Source: Clostridia bacterium
GTDB taxonomy: Bacteria > Bacillota > Clostridia > UMGS1883
Reading direction: 5' to 3'
Assembly: GCA_045649225.1 (NCBI GenBank)
Contig: JAZRPN010000060.1
Location: 1-36,666, forward strand
Length of the DNA stretch: 36,666 nt
Shown here: in pieces, positions 1-9,828 of the stretch
How positions within the stretch are numbered: position 1 is the first letter of the stretch
How the letters are laid out: every line of letters starts with the position of its first letter
Position numbers and translations under genes: made by a program
Notes under the pieces: model-generated
Databases searched by the model: none
What the model saw: only the letters and a program-made list of their open reading frames with translations
Told to the model about the DNA's origin: nothing

Positions 1-275
1 CCTCCGACTTCGTTTGGGAGCATTTGAGGTCAATGTTTGGCTTTGCGGGTATTCCGCTTGTAAATAGTGGGGCAGTTTATAATCTGCAAAGCTATGCGCT
101 AATTCTAATAGTTGCAATCATAGGAAGCACAGGTCTTCCCAAAAAGGTGTGGAATTTACTGACAAAGCACACCGCCGTGATTTTGGAGCCCGTATGTTCT
201 GCGCTTATTCTGATTGTCTCAACTGCATTTGTAATAAACGGCTCTTTTAATCCATTTTTATATTTCAGGTTTTAA
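1..275 (+). CDS. C-terminal fragment of a membrane-bound O-acyltransferase (MBOAT, AlgI/DltB-like); 5' end lies outside the window
   Basis: The frame is open from the window edge to the TAA at 273-275. The product is hydrophobic and ends in the family-typical tail ...NPFLYFRF. A DHHW/AlgJ-like partner gene follows 2 nt downstream. Confidence 0.6.
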   Translation, partial: SDFVWEHLRSMFGFAGIPLVNSGAVYNLQSYALILIVAIIGSTGLPKKVWNLLTKHTAVILEPVCSALILIVSTAFVINGSFNPFLYFRF

Positions 276-277
276 TT

Positions 278-1402
278 ATGAAAAAGATAAAAGATATTCT
301 GACAATTTCAATATTTGCTGTTATTATCCTTGCGTTTAGCATAGCATCTTTTTTTATTCCTGACAGTGAGGTTTCCTACGCAGAGCGCAGAAAGCTTAGT
401 CAGACGAGTGATTTTTCGGGCGAAAGCGTTTTTTCAAACGCTTTTTCTGAAAAGCTGGAGACTTATCTTCTTGACCAGTTCCCCGCAAGGGAATTGATGC
501 GAAAGGTAAATGCAAGAGTGCGCTACTCGTTTTTAAAGCAAAAGGATGTTAACGGGCTCTGGCTTGAGGGCGGGAGCATCTTCAAAAAGGATAGCCCGCT
601 TGACGAAAAGCAGGTTTTATATGGGACAAACCTTATAAATTCCATCACCAAAAAGTACTTGGGCGGTATGAACGTGTATTACAGCGTAATTCCCGAAAAG
701 AACTATTTTCTTGAGGAAAAGGAATTCGATTACGATAAGCTTTTATCTCTTTTGGACGAAAATATCAAGGGTGCAGGCTACATTGATCTTTTTGCCTCGC
801 TTACGCTTGACGACTACTACAAAACGGACACTCACTGGTCGCAGGACAGAATTTTTAGGGTGGTAAACGCTCTTTCCAAAGAGATGGGCATGCACAAGTA
901 TCTGACGCCTGAAAACGAGTACAAAAAAGAAACCCTCTTGCCGTTTTACGGTGTGTACTGGGGGCAGGCGGCACTTAGTGCCGAGCCTGACGAGCTTGTT
1001 TATATGACAAGTAAGTATACAGATAATGCCAAGGTTTATGGCATAGATCCCGATGTTTTGAAAAAGGATTTCGGAGTTGAGGATACGCTTGTAAAAAAAG
1101 TGTATGCAACCGAAAAATTTGGCGGAATGGACGGGTACGATGTGTTCCTTTCGGGCGCACAGCCGATAGTTACGATTGAGTGCGAAAACGCAAAGACGGA
1201 GCGTGAGCTCGTAATTTTCCGTGATTCGTTTTCATCAAGCCTTGCGCCGCTTTTTGCAGGTGCATACAAAAAAGTAACACTCGTTGACCTTCGCTACATT
1301 CCATCAGCACTGATAGGCGAGTTTGTAGAATTTAACGAAGGGCAGGATGCACTTTTCCTATACTCAAATTCACTTTATAACAGTTCAATGCTATTGAGAT
1401 AA
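278..1402 (+). CDS. DHHW/AlgJ-AlgX-like protein, the extracytoplasmic partner of MBOAT O-acyltransferases; N-terminal membrane anchor
   Basis: 374 aa with an N-terminal TM helix (ILTISIFAVIILAFSIASFFI) and a KTDTHW motif at the position of the DHHW signature. It is tightly coupled to the upstream MBOAT gene. Confidence 0.6.
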   Translation: MKKIKDILTISIFAVIILAFSIASFFIPDSEVSYAERRKLSQTSDFSGESVFSNAFSEKLETYLLDQFPARELMRKVNARVRYSFLKQKDVNGLWLEGGSIFKKDSPLDEKQVLYGTNLINSITKKYLGGMNVYYSVIPEKNYFLEEKEFDYDKLLSLLDENIKGAGYIDLFASLTLDDYYKTDTHWSQDRIFRVVNALSKEMGMHKYLTPENEYKKETLLPFYGVYWGQAALSAEPDELVYMTSKYTDNAKVYGIDPDVLKKDFGVEDTLVKKVYATEKFGGMDGYDVFLSGAQPIVTIECENAKTERELVIFRDSFSSSLAPLFAGAYKKVTLVDLRYIPSALIGEFVEFNEGQDALFLYSNSLYNSSMLLR

Positions 1403-1405
1403 AAG

Positions 1406-1451
1406 AAAGCACTTGCAAGGGTGGAAACCACCCAATGCAAGTGCTTTTTTG
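1406..1451 (+). terminator. Intrinsic terminator of the MBOAT/DHHW operon
   Basis: The stem AAAGCACTTGCA...TGCAAGTGCTTT encloses an inner GGGTGG-AAA-CCACCC and is followed by a T-run. Confidence 0.65.
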
Positions 1452-1470
1452 TTTATTACGTATTACTTTT

Positions 1471-1507
1471 CAAAAATAAAAATCCGTACACTAACGTGTA
1501 CGGATTT
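1471..1507 (-). terminator. Intrinsic terminator of tRNA-Gly
   Basis: On the minus strand the hairpin AAATCCGTACAC-GTTA-GTGTACGGATTT lies directly after the tRNA 3' end and is followed by TTATTTTTG. Confidence 0.6.
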
Positions 1508-1508
1508 C

Positions 1509-1583
1509 TGGAGCGGAAGACGAGATTCGAACTCGCGACGTTCACCTTGGCAAGGTGACGCTCTACCACTGAGCCACTCCCGC
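1509..1583 (-). tRNA. tRNA-Gly (anticodon GCC), CCA encoded
   Basis: The reverse complement reads GCGGGAG-TG-GCTC-AGTGGTA-GAGC-G-TCACC-TTGCCAA-GGTGA-ACGTC-GCGAG-TTCGAAT-CTCGT-CTTCCGC-T-CCA. This gives a full cloverleaf, a 7-nt anticodon loop with GCC and a TTCGAAT T-loop. Confidence 0.92.
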
Positions 1584-1594
1584 ATAACGTAGAC

Positions 1595-1623
1595 AGTATA
1601 GCACATAAATTACGGCTTGTAAA
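1595..1623 (-). promoter_or_regulatory. Sigma-A type promoter for tRNA-Gly
   Basis: The minus strand reads TTTACA-17 nt-TGcTATACT (extended -10). The -10 ends about 11 nt upstream of the mature tRNA 5' end. Confidence 0.5.
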
Positions 1624-1731
1624 GGGCTTTTTAAAAATTTTTTCAAAAAATTTTATCAAAAAAAAGGAATTTGCGAATTTTTGTAAAATATAGTAACAAG
1701 AATAGAAATATAACTGAGAAAGGAAAAAACC

Positions 1732-3483
1732 ATGGCAGGCTTTTATTCCGAAGATGTTGTTTCTGAAGTTGTTGCGGCAAACGATATTGTGGATATTGTT
1801 TCGGGATATGTGCGTCTTAAAAGGTCGGGCAGTAACTTTATGGGGTGTTGCCCGTTTCACAGAGAAAAGACGCCGTCTTTCCATGTCAGTGCGGACAAGC
1901 AGCTTTATCACTGCTTTGGCTGCGGTGCAGGCGGCAGCGTTATTCAGTTTATAATGAATGCCGAGGGGCTTGAATTTTCCGATGCGTTGCGTTTCTTAGC
2001 GGAGCGTGCGGGGATAACACTTCCCGAAAACACAAATGACAGATACGGCATAAATCAGCAGAAAAAACAAAATATTTATGATATGAACCGTGATGCGGCA
2101 AGGTTTTTCAGGGAGTGCCTGCTTTCAGATAAAGGTGAGGAGGCGCAAAGCTACCTTACCAAGCGTGCACTTTCGGGGAAAACGATTGCGGCATTCGGGC
2201 TTGGCTTTGCTCCTAATGAATGGGGCGCACTTCTCAGCTTCCTACAAAAGAAAGGCTGGAAAAGGGAACTTCTGGTTGAGGCGGGTTTGTGTATCAAAAA
2301 CGAAAAAGGCAACGTCTATGACCGCTTCAGGGGCAGAATTATGTACCCGATTATAGATGTGCGCGGCAACATCATAGGCTTCGGCGGAAGAATTATGACG
2401 GGCGACGGTGCAAAGTATATGAATTCGCCCGAAAGTGTCGTATACGATAAGGGTAAAAACTTATTTGCCTTAAACCTTGCTAAAAAAAGCAAGCGTGGGT
2501 ATTATATATTGGTTGAGGGATATATGGATGTTATATCACTTCATCAGGCGGGGATTGATGCCGCTGTTGCAGGCTGTGGAACAGCGCTTACGGAGCAGCA
2601 GGCAAGGCTTATCTCCAAAAGCCCCGTATATCTTTGCTATGACAGCGACGAGGCAGGGCAAAAAGCGTGCGAACGTGCTGCAGAGATATTTTCAAGGTTT
2701 GACACGCGCCTGCGTGTAATTGAGATGCAGGGGGCCAAGGACGCCGACGAATTCATTAAAAAATATGGTGCAGTAAAGTTTGAGGAGCTTATAAAAAAAG
2801 CCAAAACCGTAACGGAGCACAGGCTGGATTTGATTCTTCGCGGGGCAGACCTTAACGATGCCGCACAAAAAATCGATATAATAAAAAAAGCGGCAGTAAT
2901 TTTTGCAAATATGTCAAACTCGGTTGAGCGTGAGGTTTATATAAACCAGCTTTCGATAAAAAGCGGTATAAGCGTTGAATCGATAAACAGTGAAGTGCGA
3001 AAAATGAATTCAAAAAACGCAAGGAAAGAGGTTTCGGCAGAGCTTAGAAAAGCCGTAAACAACTCTCAAACAACAGTGGCAACAAAAAACAGCAGAAGAC
3101 TCCGTGCCGAGGCGGGATTTTTAGCAATGCTTGCCGAAAGCAGTAAAACATATCAGATGTTTGGGGACAAGTTTTCGGAGGAAAGCTTCTCGGGTGAAAT
3201 ACATAAAGAAATATTCAGGCACATCACAAAGTATTACAACAGCGGTGAAAAGGGTGCGTGCGACGAATATCTTCTGAGCAATATGGCAGGCAGGGAAAAA
3301 GAGCTTTCCAACGTGCTTATGTCGGGTGGGAGCGTTTCAAATGTTTTGCTTGCAGCCGAGGATTTTAAAAACGTACTAGAGGATGAAATTTTTAACGACA
3401 GAATTAAAAAGGCTCAGGAAGAGGGCAATATCGAGCTTTTGTCAGAACTGTTAAAAGAGAAAAACAAAAAAGGTGGTAAATAA
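1732..3483 (+). CDS. dnaG: DNA primase
   Basis: 583 aa with the CHC2 zinc finger [30 protein letters not shown] and a Toprim segment ([16 protein letters not shown] ... [13 protein letters not shown]). SD AAAGGA lies 7 nt upstream. It sits in the classic dnaG-rpoD pair. Confidence 0.93.
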   Translation: MAGFYSEDVVSEVVAANDIVDIVSGYVRLKRSGSNFMGCCPFHREKTPSFHVSADKQLYHCFGCGAGGSVIQFIMNAEGLEFSDALRFLAERAGITLPENTNDRYGINQQKKQNIYDMNRDAARFFRECLLSDKGEEAQSYLTKRALSGKTIAAFGLGFAPNEWGALLSFLQKKGWKRELLVEAGLCIKNEKGNVYDRFRGRIMYPIIDVRGNIIGFGGRIMTGDGAKYMNSPESVVYDKGKNLFALNLAKKSKRGYYILVEGYMDVISLHQAGIDAAVAGCGTALTEQQARLISKSPVYLCYDSDEAGQKACERAAEIFSRFDTRLRVIEMQGAKDADEFIKKYGAVKFEELIKKAKTVTEHRLDLILRGADLNDAAQKIDIIKKAAVIFANMSNSVEREVYINQLSIKSGISVESINSEVRKMNSKNARKEVSAELRKAVNNSQTTVATKNSRRLRAEAGFLAMLAESSKTYQMFGDKFSEESFSGEIHKEIFRHITKYYNSGEKGACDEYLLSNMAGREKELSNVLMSGGSVSNVLLAAEDFKNVLEDEIFNDRIKKAQEEGNIELLSELLKEKNKKGGK

Positions 3484-3485
3484 TT

Positions 3486-4580
3486 ATGGGCGAAAATGTA
3501 AATAACAAGGCAATTATCAAAGAACTGATCGAAAAAGGTAAGCAGAAAGGCGTTCTTACAGAAAATGAAATCGAGGATGCACTCTCTGAAATTGAGCTTG
3601 ATCCCGAACAGATTGAAAAAATCCACGACAGCCTTGAAGCCCTTGGTATAGACGTTGTTGGCGTAGAGGGCGACATCGACCAGGAAATCAAGAAAATCGA
3701 GGAGCAGGAGGAGCAGGAAGACCTTGATAACCTCTCTGTGCCCGAGGGTATAAATGTTGATGACCACGTAAGAATGTACCTTAAGGAAATCGGTAAAGTC
3801 CCGCTTCTCGGACCTGAAGAAGAGATTGAATACGCTGAGCGTATGGCTCAGGGCGATGAGGAAGCAAAGCAGAAGCTTACGGAAGCTAACCTTCGCCTTG
3901 TTGTAAGTATTGCAAAGCGTTATGTAGGTCGCGGAATGCTTTTCCTTGACCTTATTCAGGAGGGTAACCTTGGTCTTATCAAAGCGGTTGAAAAGTTTGA
4001 CTATACAAAGGGCTACAAGTTCAGTACCTACGCAACCTGGTGGATAAGACAGGCAATCACACGTGCAATTGCAGACCAGGCAAGAACAATAAGAATTCCC
4101 GTTCATATGGTTGAAACAATTAACAAGCTCATAAGGGTATCACGTCAGTTGCTTCAGGAACTCGGTCGTGAACCAACCACAGAGGAAATCGCAAAAGAAA
4201 TGGGTATGAGCATCGAAAAAGCACGTGAGATAATGAAAATCGCACAGGAGCCCGTTTCTCTTGAAACACCTATCGGTGAGGAAGAGGATAGCCACCTTGG
4301 CGACTTTATCCCCGATGACGACGCTCCCGCACCGAGCGAAGCGGCATCATTTATGTTGCTGAAAGAACAGCTTATTGATGTTTTAAATACTCTTACACCT
4401 CGTGAAGAAAAGGTTCTTCGCCTGCGCTTCGGTCTTGAAGACGGAAGAGCAAGAACGCTTGAAGAGGTTGGCGGCGAATTCCAGGTAACACGTGAAAGAA
4501 TCCGTCAGATTGAGGCAAAGGCACTTCGTAAGCTTCGTCATCCGAGCAGGAGTAAGAAACTTAAAGACTTCTTAGAGTAA
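3486..4580 (+). CDS. rpoD: Primary RNA polymerase sigma factor (sigma-70/SigA)
   Basis: 364 aa with regions 2-4 present ([56 protein letters not shown]; [29 protein letters not shown]). SD AAGGTGG is present. It starts 2 nt after the dnaG stop. Confidence 0.95.
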   Translation: MGENVNNKAIIKELIEKGKQKGVLTENEIEDALSEIELDPEQIEKIHDSLEALGIDVVGVEGDIDQEIKKIEEQEEQEDLDNLSVPEGINVDDHVRMYLKEIGKVPLLGPEEEIEYAERMAQGDEEAKQKLTEANLRLVVSIAKRYVGRGMLFLDLIQEGNLGLIKAVEKFDYTKGYKFSTYATWWIRQAITRAIADQARTIRIPVHMVETINKLIRVSRQLLQELGREPTTEEIAKEMGMSIEKAREIMKIAQEPVSLETPIGEEEDSHLGDFIPDDDAPAPSEAASFMLLKEQLIDVLNTLTPREEKVLRLRFGLEDGRARTLEEVGGEFQVTRERIRQIEAKALRKLRHPSRSKKLKDFLE

Positions 4581-4616
4581 TGAAAAATTAATAATGAAAA
4601 GTGAATAATTAAGGAA

Positions 4617-4649
4617 GACACTGTTCGTATGAACAGTGTCTTTGTTTTT
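4617..4649 (+). terminator. Intrinsic terminator of dnaG-rpoD
   Basis: GACACTGTTC-GTAT-GAACAGTGTC is followed by TTTGTTTTT. Confidence 0.75.
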
Positions 4650-4715
4650 CAATAATGAATTTTTGCTAAAGCAAAAATTTTCATTAATTATTCGTTATTC
4701 ATTATTCATTATTAA

Positions 4716-6152
4716 TTAGTATGCTTTGCCCCAGTATACCAGTTTTTTAGCCTCTTTACCGCAGCAGACGCACTTGTCGGAGATTTTCTCGTCGCCAAAA
4801 GGCATACAGCGTGAAGAAGCACCTGTGTCTTCCTTGATTTTGTTTTCGCACGCTTCGTCTCCGCACCACATTGCCTTTATAAAGCCGCCCTTTGAATCTA
4901 CGACTTCCTTAAACTCATCATAGGTTGTAGCGGAGTAGGTATTTTCCTCTCTGTGCTTAAGAGCCTTTTCAAAGAGAGAATTCTGAATATCGTCAAGAAG
5001 CTTTGCAACAGTTTCTTCGATGTTGTCAAGCGATGCAGGAATCTTTTCGTTTGTATCACGTCTTACAAGAACGCAGCTGTTGTTTTCGATATCTCTCGGG
5101 CCAATTTCAAGACGAACGGGAACGCCCTTCATCTCATATTCGGCAAACTTCCAACCGGGAGTTTTATCAGAAAGGTCAATGCCAACCTTAAATGATTTCT
5201 TAAGCTGCTCGCAAAGTTCGCTTGCCTTTTCGCTTACGCCCTCTTTGTGCATTGCGATAGGAACAATCACAAGCTGCTTGGGAGCAATCTTAGGCGGAAG
5301 AACAAGACCGTTGTCGTCGCCGTGCACCATGATGATAGCACCGATAAGTCTTGTTGTAACGCCCCAGGATGTCTGGAAAACGTGGCGGAGCTGGTTGTCC
5401 TTGTCGGAATACTGAATGCCGAACGCCTTTGCAAAACCGTCGCCAAAGTTATGGCTTGTACCTGACTGAAGCGCCTTGCCGTCGTGCATAAGGCTTTCGA
5501 TTGTGTAGGTTTCCTCAGCGCCTGCAAATTTTTCCTTATCTGTCTTTTTGCCCTTTACAACGGGGATTGCAAGATATTTTTCGCAGAACTCAGCGTATAC
5601 GTTAAGCATGCGGATAGTTTCTTCCTGAGCTTCCTCGGCTGTGGCGTGAGCAGTGTGCCCCTCCTGCCACAAGAATTCCATACTGCGAAGGAACGGACGT
5701 GTTGTTTTTTCCCATCTTACAACGCTGCACCACTGATTGTAGAGCTTCGGCAAATCACGATAGGAGTGAATGATGTTTTTGTAATGCTCACAAAAGAGCG
5801 TTTCGCTCGTCGGACGCACACACATTCTCTCGCTGAGCTTTTCGCCACCACCGTGTGTTACCCACGCAACCTCAGGAGCAAAGCCTTCAACGTGGTCCTT
5901 TTCCTTTTGCAAAAGACCCTCGGGGATAAACATCGGCATATAAACGTTTTCGTGCCCAAGTTCTTTAAACATTGAGTCGAGCGTGTGCTGAATGTTTTCC
6001 CAAAGTGCGTATGCATACGGGCGGAAAACACAACAACCCTTAATGCTTGTGTATTCAATAAGGTCAGCCTTTTTTACAATGTCGGTATACCAACGGGCAA
6101 AATCCTCGTCCATCGGTGTAATGGCTTCAACCATTTTTTTGTCGTTACTCAT
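4716..6152 (-). CDS. proS: Proline--tRNA ligase, archaeal/eukaryote-like short form (no editing insertion)
   Basis: 478 aa. The N-terminus ([17 protein letters not shown]...[14 protein letters not shown]) and the C-terminal zinc-type domain ([30 protein letters not shown]) match type-3 ProRS. SD GAGGT lies 7 nt upstream. Confidence 0.93.
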   Translation of the reverse strand: MSNDKKMVEAITPMDEDFARWYTDIVKKADLIEYTSIKGCCVFRPYAYALWENIQHTLDSMFKELGHENVYMPMFIPEGLLQKEKDHVEGFAPEVAWVTHGGGEKLSERMCVRPTSETLFCEHYKNIIHSYRDLPKLYNQWCSVVRWEKTTRPFLRSMEFLWQEGHTAHATAEEAQEETIRMLNVYAEFCEKYLAIPVVKGKKTDKEKFAGAEETYTIESLMHDGKALQSGTSHNFGDGFAKAFGIQYSDKDNQLRHVFQTSWGVTTRLIGAIIMVHGDDNGLVLPPKIAPKQLVIVPIAMHKEGVSEKASELCEQLKKSFKVGIDLSDKTPGWKFAEYEMKGVPVRLEIGPRDIENNSCVLVRRDTNEKIPASLDNIEETVAKLLDDIQNSLFEKALKHREENTYSATTYDEFKEVVDSKGGFIKAMWCGDEACENKIKEDTGASSRCMPFGDEKISDKCVCCGKEAKKLVYWGKAY

Positions 6153-6186
6153 ACTAAAAACCTCAATTTCAATAAACTATTTTCCT

Positions 6187-6215
6187 ATTTTACCAAATAA
6201 GCGGGGGTTTGTCAA
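6187..6215 (-). promoter_or_regulatory. Sigma-A type promoter for proS
   Basis: The minus strand reads TTGACA-17 nt-TAAAAT, about 35 nt upstream of the proS ATG. The short leader leaves no room for a T-box. Confidence 0.5.
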
Positions 6216-6240
6216 CCTTGCGGATTTCGATAAAATTGTA

Positions 6241-6290
6241 GGGGAGGTTCACGAACCTCCCTGAATTCGGGGCATTCGTGAATGCCCCCT
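6241..6290 (-). terminator. Two tandem GC-rich hairpins after the dCMP deaminase gene; probable terminator
   Basis: The hairpins are GGGAGGT-TCACGA-ACCTCCC (6242-6261) and GGGGCATT-CGTG-AATGCCCC (6269-6288). On the minus strand the second is followed by CTACAATTTTAT, a weak U-tract. Confidence 0.45.
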
Positions 6291-6302
6291 ACGTCAAAAT
6301 TA

Positions 6303-6794
6303 TCAATATCCCAGTATATCGGACAAGCTGTCGTCGTTATCTATCCATTCTTTCTGAACGTCAATAACCTTGTAGTTTATATCGTCAATGCGCACAACAA
6401 CCTTTTCGATGCCTGCATTTATTATATGGCGTTTGCACATCGCACAGCTTGTAGCGTTTTCCACATATTTTCCGCTCACACAATCCCTGCCGGCAAGGTA
6501 CAGTGTTGCGCCTATCATATCCCTGCGAGGTGCACTTATAATTGCGTTTGCCTCACTATGTACACTGCGGCAGAGTTCGTAGCGCTCGCCACGGGGGACA
6601 TTCAGCTGCTCGCGGCGGCAATAGCCCAAATCAATGCAATTCTTTCTGCCCCTTGGAGCACCTGTGTAGCCTGTTGAAATAATCTCATCGTTTTTAACTA
6701 TAATAGAACCGTAATTTCGCCTGAGGCAGGTGCCTCTTTCGAGCACGGTTGCGGCAATATCAAGGTAGTAGTTATGCTTATCGCGTCTGTCCAT
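6303..6794 (-). CDS. comEB: Deoxycytidylate (dCMP) deaminase, ComEB-type
   Basis: It carries the zinc-deaminase motifs HSEANAI and CAMCKRHIINAG. The start was moved to the second ATG (MDRRDK...) for two reasons. AAGGAGG lies 7 nt upstream of that ATG. The predicted -10 (6818-6823) overlaps the first ATG of the track ORF. Confidence 0.85.
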   Translation of the reverse strand: MDRRDKHNYYLDIAATVLERGTCLRRNYGSIIVKNDEIISTGYTGAPRGRKNCIDLGYCRREQLNVPRGERYELCRSVHSEANAIISAPRRDMIGATLYLAGRDCVSGKYVENATSCAMCKRHIINAGIEKVVVRIDDINYKVIDVQKEWIDNDDSLSDILGY

Positions 6795-6817
6795 AAAAAA
6801 CGCCTCCTTTTTAATCA

Positions 6818-6846
6818 ATTTTATTACACATTCAGGCTTTTGTCAA
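6818..6846 (-). promoter_or_regulatory. Sigma-A type promoter for comEB
   Basis: The minus strand reads TTGACA-17 nt-TAAAAT. Confidence 0.5.
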
Positions 6847-6961
6847 TCAATTTTAAGAGCCCTGTTTCCAGAATATTACAGGTGTTTAAAACTATATTTT
6901 TTGTGGAAAAACATGTATGGCAAAAAAGATGAATAAATTGGACAAAATGCATCATTTTTTG

Positions 6962-6990
6962 TTGACAAAATTTAAGTTTTTGTGTACAAT
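6962..6990 (+). promoter_or_regulatory. Sigma-A type promoter for the four-gene surface-protein operon; about 95-nt 5' UTR
   Basis: TTGACA-17 nt-TACAAT. The UTR contains the small hairpin GGGGA-GTGT-CCCC (about 7021-7034) and the SD GAAAGGAAGGA before the ATG at 7092. Confidence 0.55.
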
Positions 6991-7091
6991 GATGATGCAG
7001 TAGAATTACTGTGTTTAATGGGGGAGTGTCCCCATAGAGAAAAAGTGTTTAATTCAAATTACATATATTTTCGTGAAAGGAAGGAATTCGT

Positions 7092-9827
7092 ATGAAAAAC
7101 ACTAAACTTATCGCTATGTTGCTTTCATTCGTTATGGTGGTCGGGTTATTGCCCGGTGCAATGGTTATCTCAGCCGCTGACGATGAGGGCGCAGTGGAAA
7201 AAGAGCATCTGGCGTATGTTGCACCTGACAGTGCGTACACCATGCTGCACGGTAATCTTGACAGCAGAAATGCTTCGTTCATCGATGGTATCACGATGGG
7301 AATAACCGACTCGAAGCATCCAAGCTACTACGAGCTCGTTAAAGAGGAAGGGCTCGAGGCAAGAAAGCAGTACACATCAAACTCTACATATATAAACGTT
7401 GACAAAAGCTTCTTCGAGGCAGGAGACGACCTTTTGGTTTCAATCGTGTATTATGACTATGGTCCGTCAGAGGGTACTTATTACCTTGAGTACTATACGT
7501 CAGACGGCGGTATCCATCAGGAAAAGCTTATCAAGCCCGGTCGCAATCCCGGCTGGTCAGTAAAAACAGTAGTTACAAGCAAGCTTGTTCCTCACGGTTA
7601 TGAAAACGGTGCAACGTTCAGAATCCAAAACGGTGCGTTCAACACATTCCGTAAGATTGAGATTGTAAACGTTTCAAAGCAGAGGCGTGAAAAAATCGTT
7701 CCTCAGATTAAAACTCTCCACGTAGAACATATCCGTACACTTGAGAAGATGGAGATTCTTAAGCTTGATGACCCGATGTTTGCGCATGAAAACCTCGCCA
7801 AGCCGGCATCTGTTTACGACGTCCAGACGTACGTAAACATGTATGGTATGGTAAAAGGCGAGATTATCTCAGCAGCCGACAAGGAAAAGACAATGACGCA
7901 GGGTGAGATGCTCAAGGCGTTTATGAAAATGACGGGTACTGACTACGCAGGTCAGGAAAGCATTGTAGACTTTGCTTACGAAATCGGCTTTATAAAGCCG
8001 TCGAGCTACTTCGTTTTTGACGAAGCTCCCGCTACATACTTTAACCTCTGCAATCTTATATATGATATTCTGGAGTATGAGATAACTCCGGATAACCCGC
8101 TCATCCTTCAGCTTTTTGAAAAAGGCTTTTTCGGAGATAAGACGATTGCCCAGATAGCAAATGATACCCTTTCAAGGGTTTACTATATGGGTGCGAAGAA
8201 AAACCCGTATTACGTAATAACGGACAATACAACAAACAGAACCTTCTATTATATTAACTTCTATGGTTCAATGCTTATGCGTCCGTACTTCTCGGAGCAG
8301 AGCTGGACGTTTGACGGCAAGCGCTTCCTTTGCGGTACAGAAAGCGGTCTTTTATATCTTTACGATACCACAACGCAGCTGATGCATTATATCGGGCAGA
8401 GCAGCTCGCCAAGCACCAATGACTCGGATGGTAATGTTGGCCCCGATGGTATGATTTATTGGTACAGCTCATATAACGGCTACAAAACCTATATGAGGCT
8501 TGACCCCGATGATCCCAACCTTGAAAGCAAGGTTGTATATACATTCCCCAAAGGCGTAACAAGTGGTACCGACTTTATCGCACGCGACGGATCGTACTTC
8601 GGTGGTGAAGTCGGCGACCCATACGACGAGCTTGGTGAAACTCGTGAGGGATACGCAAAGATTGCTGTCTTCTATTTAAAGGAAGGCAACGTTCCCGGTG
8701 TTCCCGACTACAACTACAAATTAAACTACTACAAATTCCCCGAGCCTGAAAAGGGTGTGCTTAACCACAGGCAGGTAAACCCTGTTTACCCCGACCTTGT
8801 ATTCTTTGTTCACGAGGCGGCTATTAGTGCAGGTTATGAATACTACCAGATGTTTGACCGTTGTAATGTTATGGATATAGAAACAGGTGAACACTGGAAC
8901 CTTAACGTTGGTAGATTTGGCCGTGGTGCAATGCAGCAGGTTCAGCACGAGGCATGGTCTCCCGACGGCGAGTATCTGTACATGGTAGGCGGCGGCTCAC
9001 TCGGCTCTCAGGGTAAAGGTGGCTACGATACAGGCTACGGTAGTATTATCAGGGTTAACAAGGATATGACGCACAGGCAGTACTACAACTTCCCTGATGC
9101 ACCTTTCGTAAGCGCAAACCACTCCTTCCCCGGCTGGGACAACGATTTTATTGCGATTGACTCCGGTTGGGTAGCTGTTGGCTCGCTTAAAACAAATCAG
9201 CTCTTCAATATAGCAAACACTCAGTGGGAAATGCCCGGTGGCGTTAAGCACCCGTACCATGCACATGCACACGTATCGTGGGGCGAAGGTAACTATATGC
9301 TCAACTGGGGCCACGTTTACAATGGTGTGCTCGGCGTTGCTTGGTATGACTATTCTGACATTGTAGAGAACGAAGTTGCCAAGGGCGGAAGATATGAGTT
9401 CGGCGAAGGTATCGAATGCGTAAGCTACGAGGGCCTTGACTGTGAAACCGTTGAACTCGAAAAGGACGGAAGAACAGCCCGCAGTATTAAAGCCGGCAAA
9501 GAGCTTTACTTTGCGGTAGACCCTGCAATTGCAGACACAACAGACGATGCAGTTAAGGTATCCTTTGACTACCTTGACAACAGTAAGGAGCCTATCACCC
9601 TCAAATTTACAAGCGGTGTTAAGGATGAAACAAGCGACATTACAAGAATTTACGACAACAAGCGAAAAATCACCCGACGCGGAACAAACAAATGGAAAAC
9701 CGCAACAATTACACTCGACAGTGTAAATATGGAAAGTATAGGCTGGCACGAAACTGACTTCACAATCAGCGGTGGTGCGAAGAACACTTATATAGCAAAT
9801 ATTAAGGTAGAAAAGGTGGATAAGTAA
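7092..9827 (+). CDS. Secreted 911-aa protein (P1): signal peptide, N- and C-terminal beta-sandwich (CBM-like) modules and a central beta-propeller with weak PL22 oligogalacturonide-lyase/TolB-like motifs
   Basis: The signal peptide is MKNTKLIAMLLSFVMVVGLLPGAMVISA/ADD. Propeller-type strings include FDGKRFLCGTESGLLYLYD and GPDGMIYWYSS. Three further motifs (NHRQVNPVYPDLVFFVHE, QHEAWSPDGEYLYMVGGG, KHPYHAHAHVSW) recall PL22 metal-site motifs from memory only. Confidence 0.75.
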   Translation: MKNTKLIAMLLSFVMVVGLLPGAMVISAADDEGAVEKEHLAYVAPDSAYTMLHGNLDSRNASFIDGITMGITDSKHPSYYELVKEEGLEARKQYTSNSTYINVDKSFFEAGDDLLVSIVYYDYGPSEGTYYLEYYTSDGGIHQEKLIKPGRNPGWSVKTVVTSKLVPHGYENGATFRIQNGAFNTFRKIEIVNVSKQRREKIVPQIKTLHVEHIRTLEKMEILKLDDPMFAHENLAKPASVYDVQTYVNMYGMVKGEIISAADKEKTMTQGEMLKAFMKMTGTDYAGQESIVDFAYEIGFIKPSSYFVFDEAPATYFNLCNLIYDILEYEITPDNPLILQLFEKGFFGDKTIAQIANDTLSRVYYMGAKKNPYYVITDNTTNRTFYYINFYGSMLMRPYFSEQSWTFDGKRFLCGTESGLLYLYDTTTQLMHYIGQSSSPSTNDSDGNVGPDGMIYWYSSYNGYKTYMRLDPDDPNLESKVVYTFPKGVTSGTDFIARDGSYFGGEVGDPYDELGETREGYAKIAVFYLKEGNVPGVPDYNYKLNYYKFPEPEKGVLNHRQVNPVYPDLVFFVHEAAISAGYEYYQMFDRCNVMDIETGEHWNLNVGRFGRGAMQQVQHEAWSPDGEYLYMVGGGSLGSQGKGGYDTGYGSIIRVNKDMTHRQYYNFPDAPFVSANHSFPGWDNDFIAIDSGWVAVGSLKTNQLFNIANTQWEMPGGVKHPYHAHAHVSWGEGNYMLNWGHVYNGVLGVAWYDYSDIVENEVAKGGRYEFGEGIECVSYEGLDCETVELEKDGRTARSIKAGKELYFAVDPAIADTTDDAVKVSFDYLDNSKEPITLKFTSGVKDETSDITRIYDNKRKITRRGTNKWKTATITLDSVNMESIGWHETDFTISGGAKNTYIANIKVEKVDK

Positions 9828-9828
9828 T

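Noticed and set aside
3414-4106. A 230-aa minus-strand ORF antisense to rpoD, together with similar antisense ORFs: 1456-1911, 5484-5975, 17243-17743, 19904-20413, 21740-22339, 23317-23829, 25185-25655, 28339-28680, 28878-29282 and 31575-32102.
   Set aside because: All are shadow ORFs of clearly identified conserved genes on the other strand. They show no ribosome-binding sites or recognisable domains. ORF 1456-1911 would also run through the tRNA-Gly gene and its promoter.
6153-6240. A T-box leader was looked for upstream of proS.
   Set aside because: The predicted promoter leaves a leader of only about 30 nt. There is no T-box sequence or terminator/antiterminator between it and the ATG.
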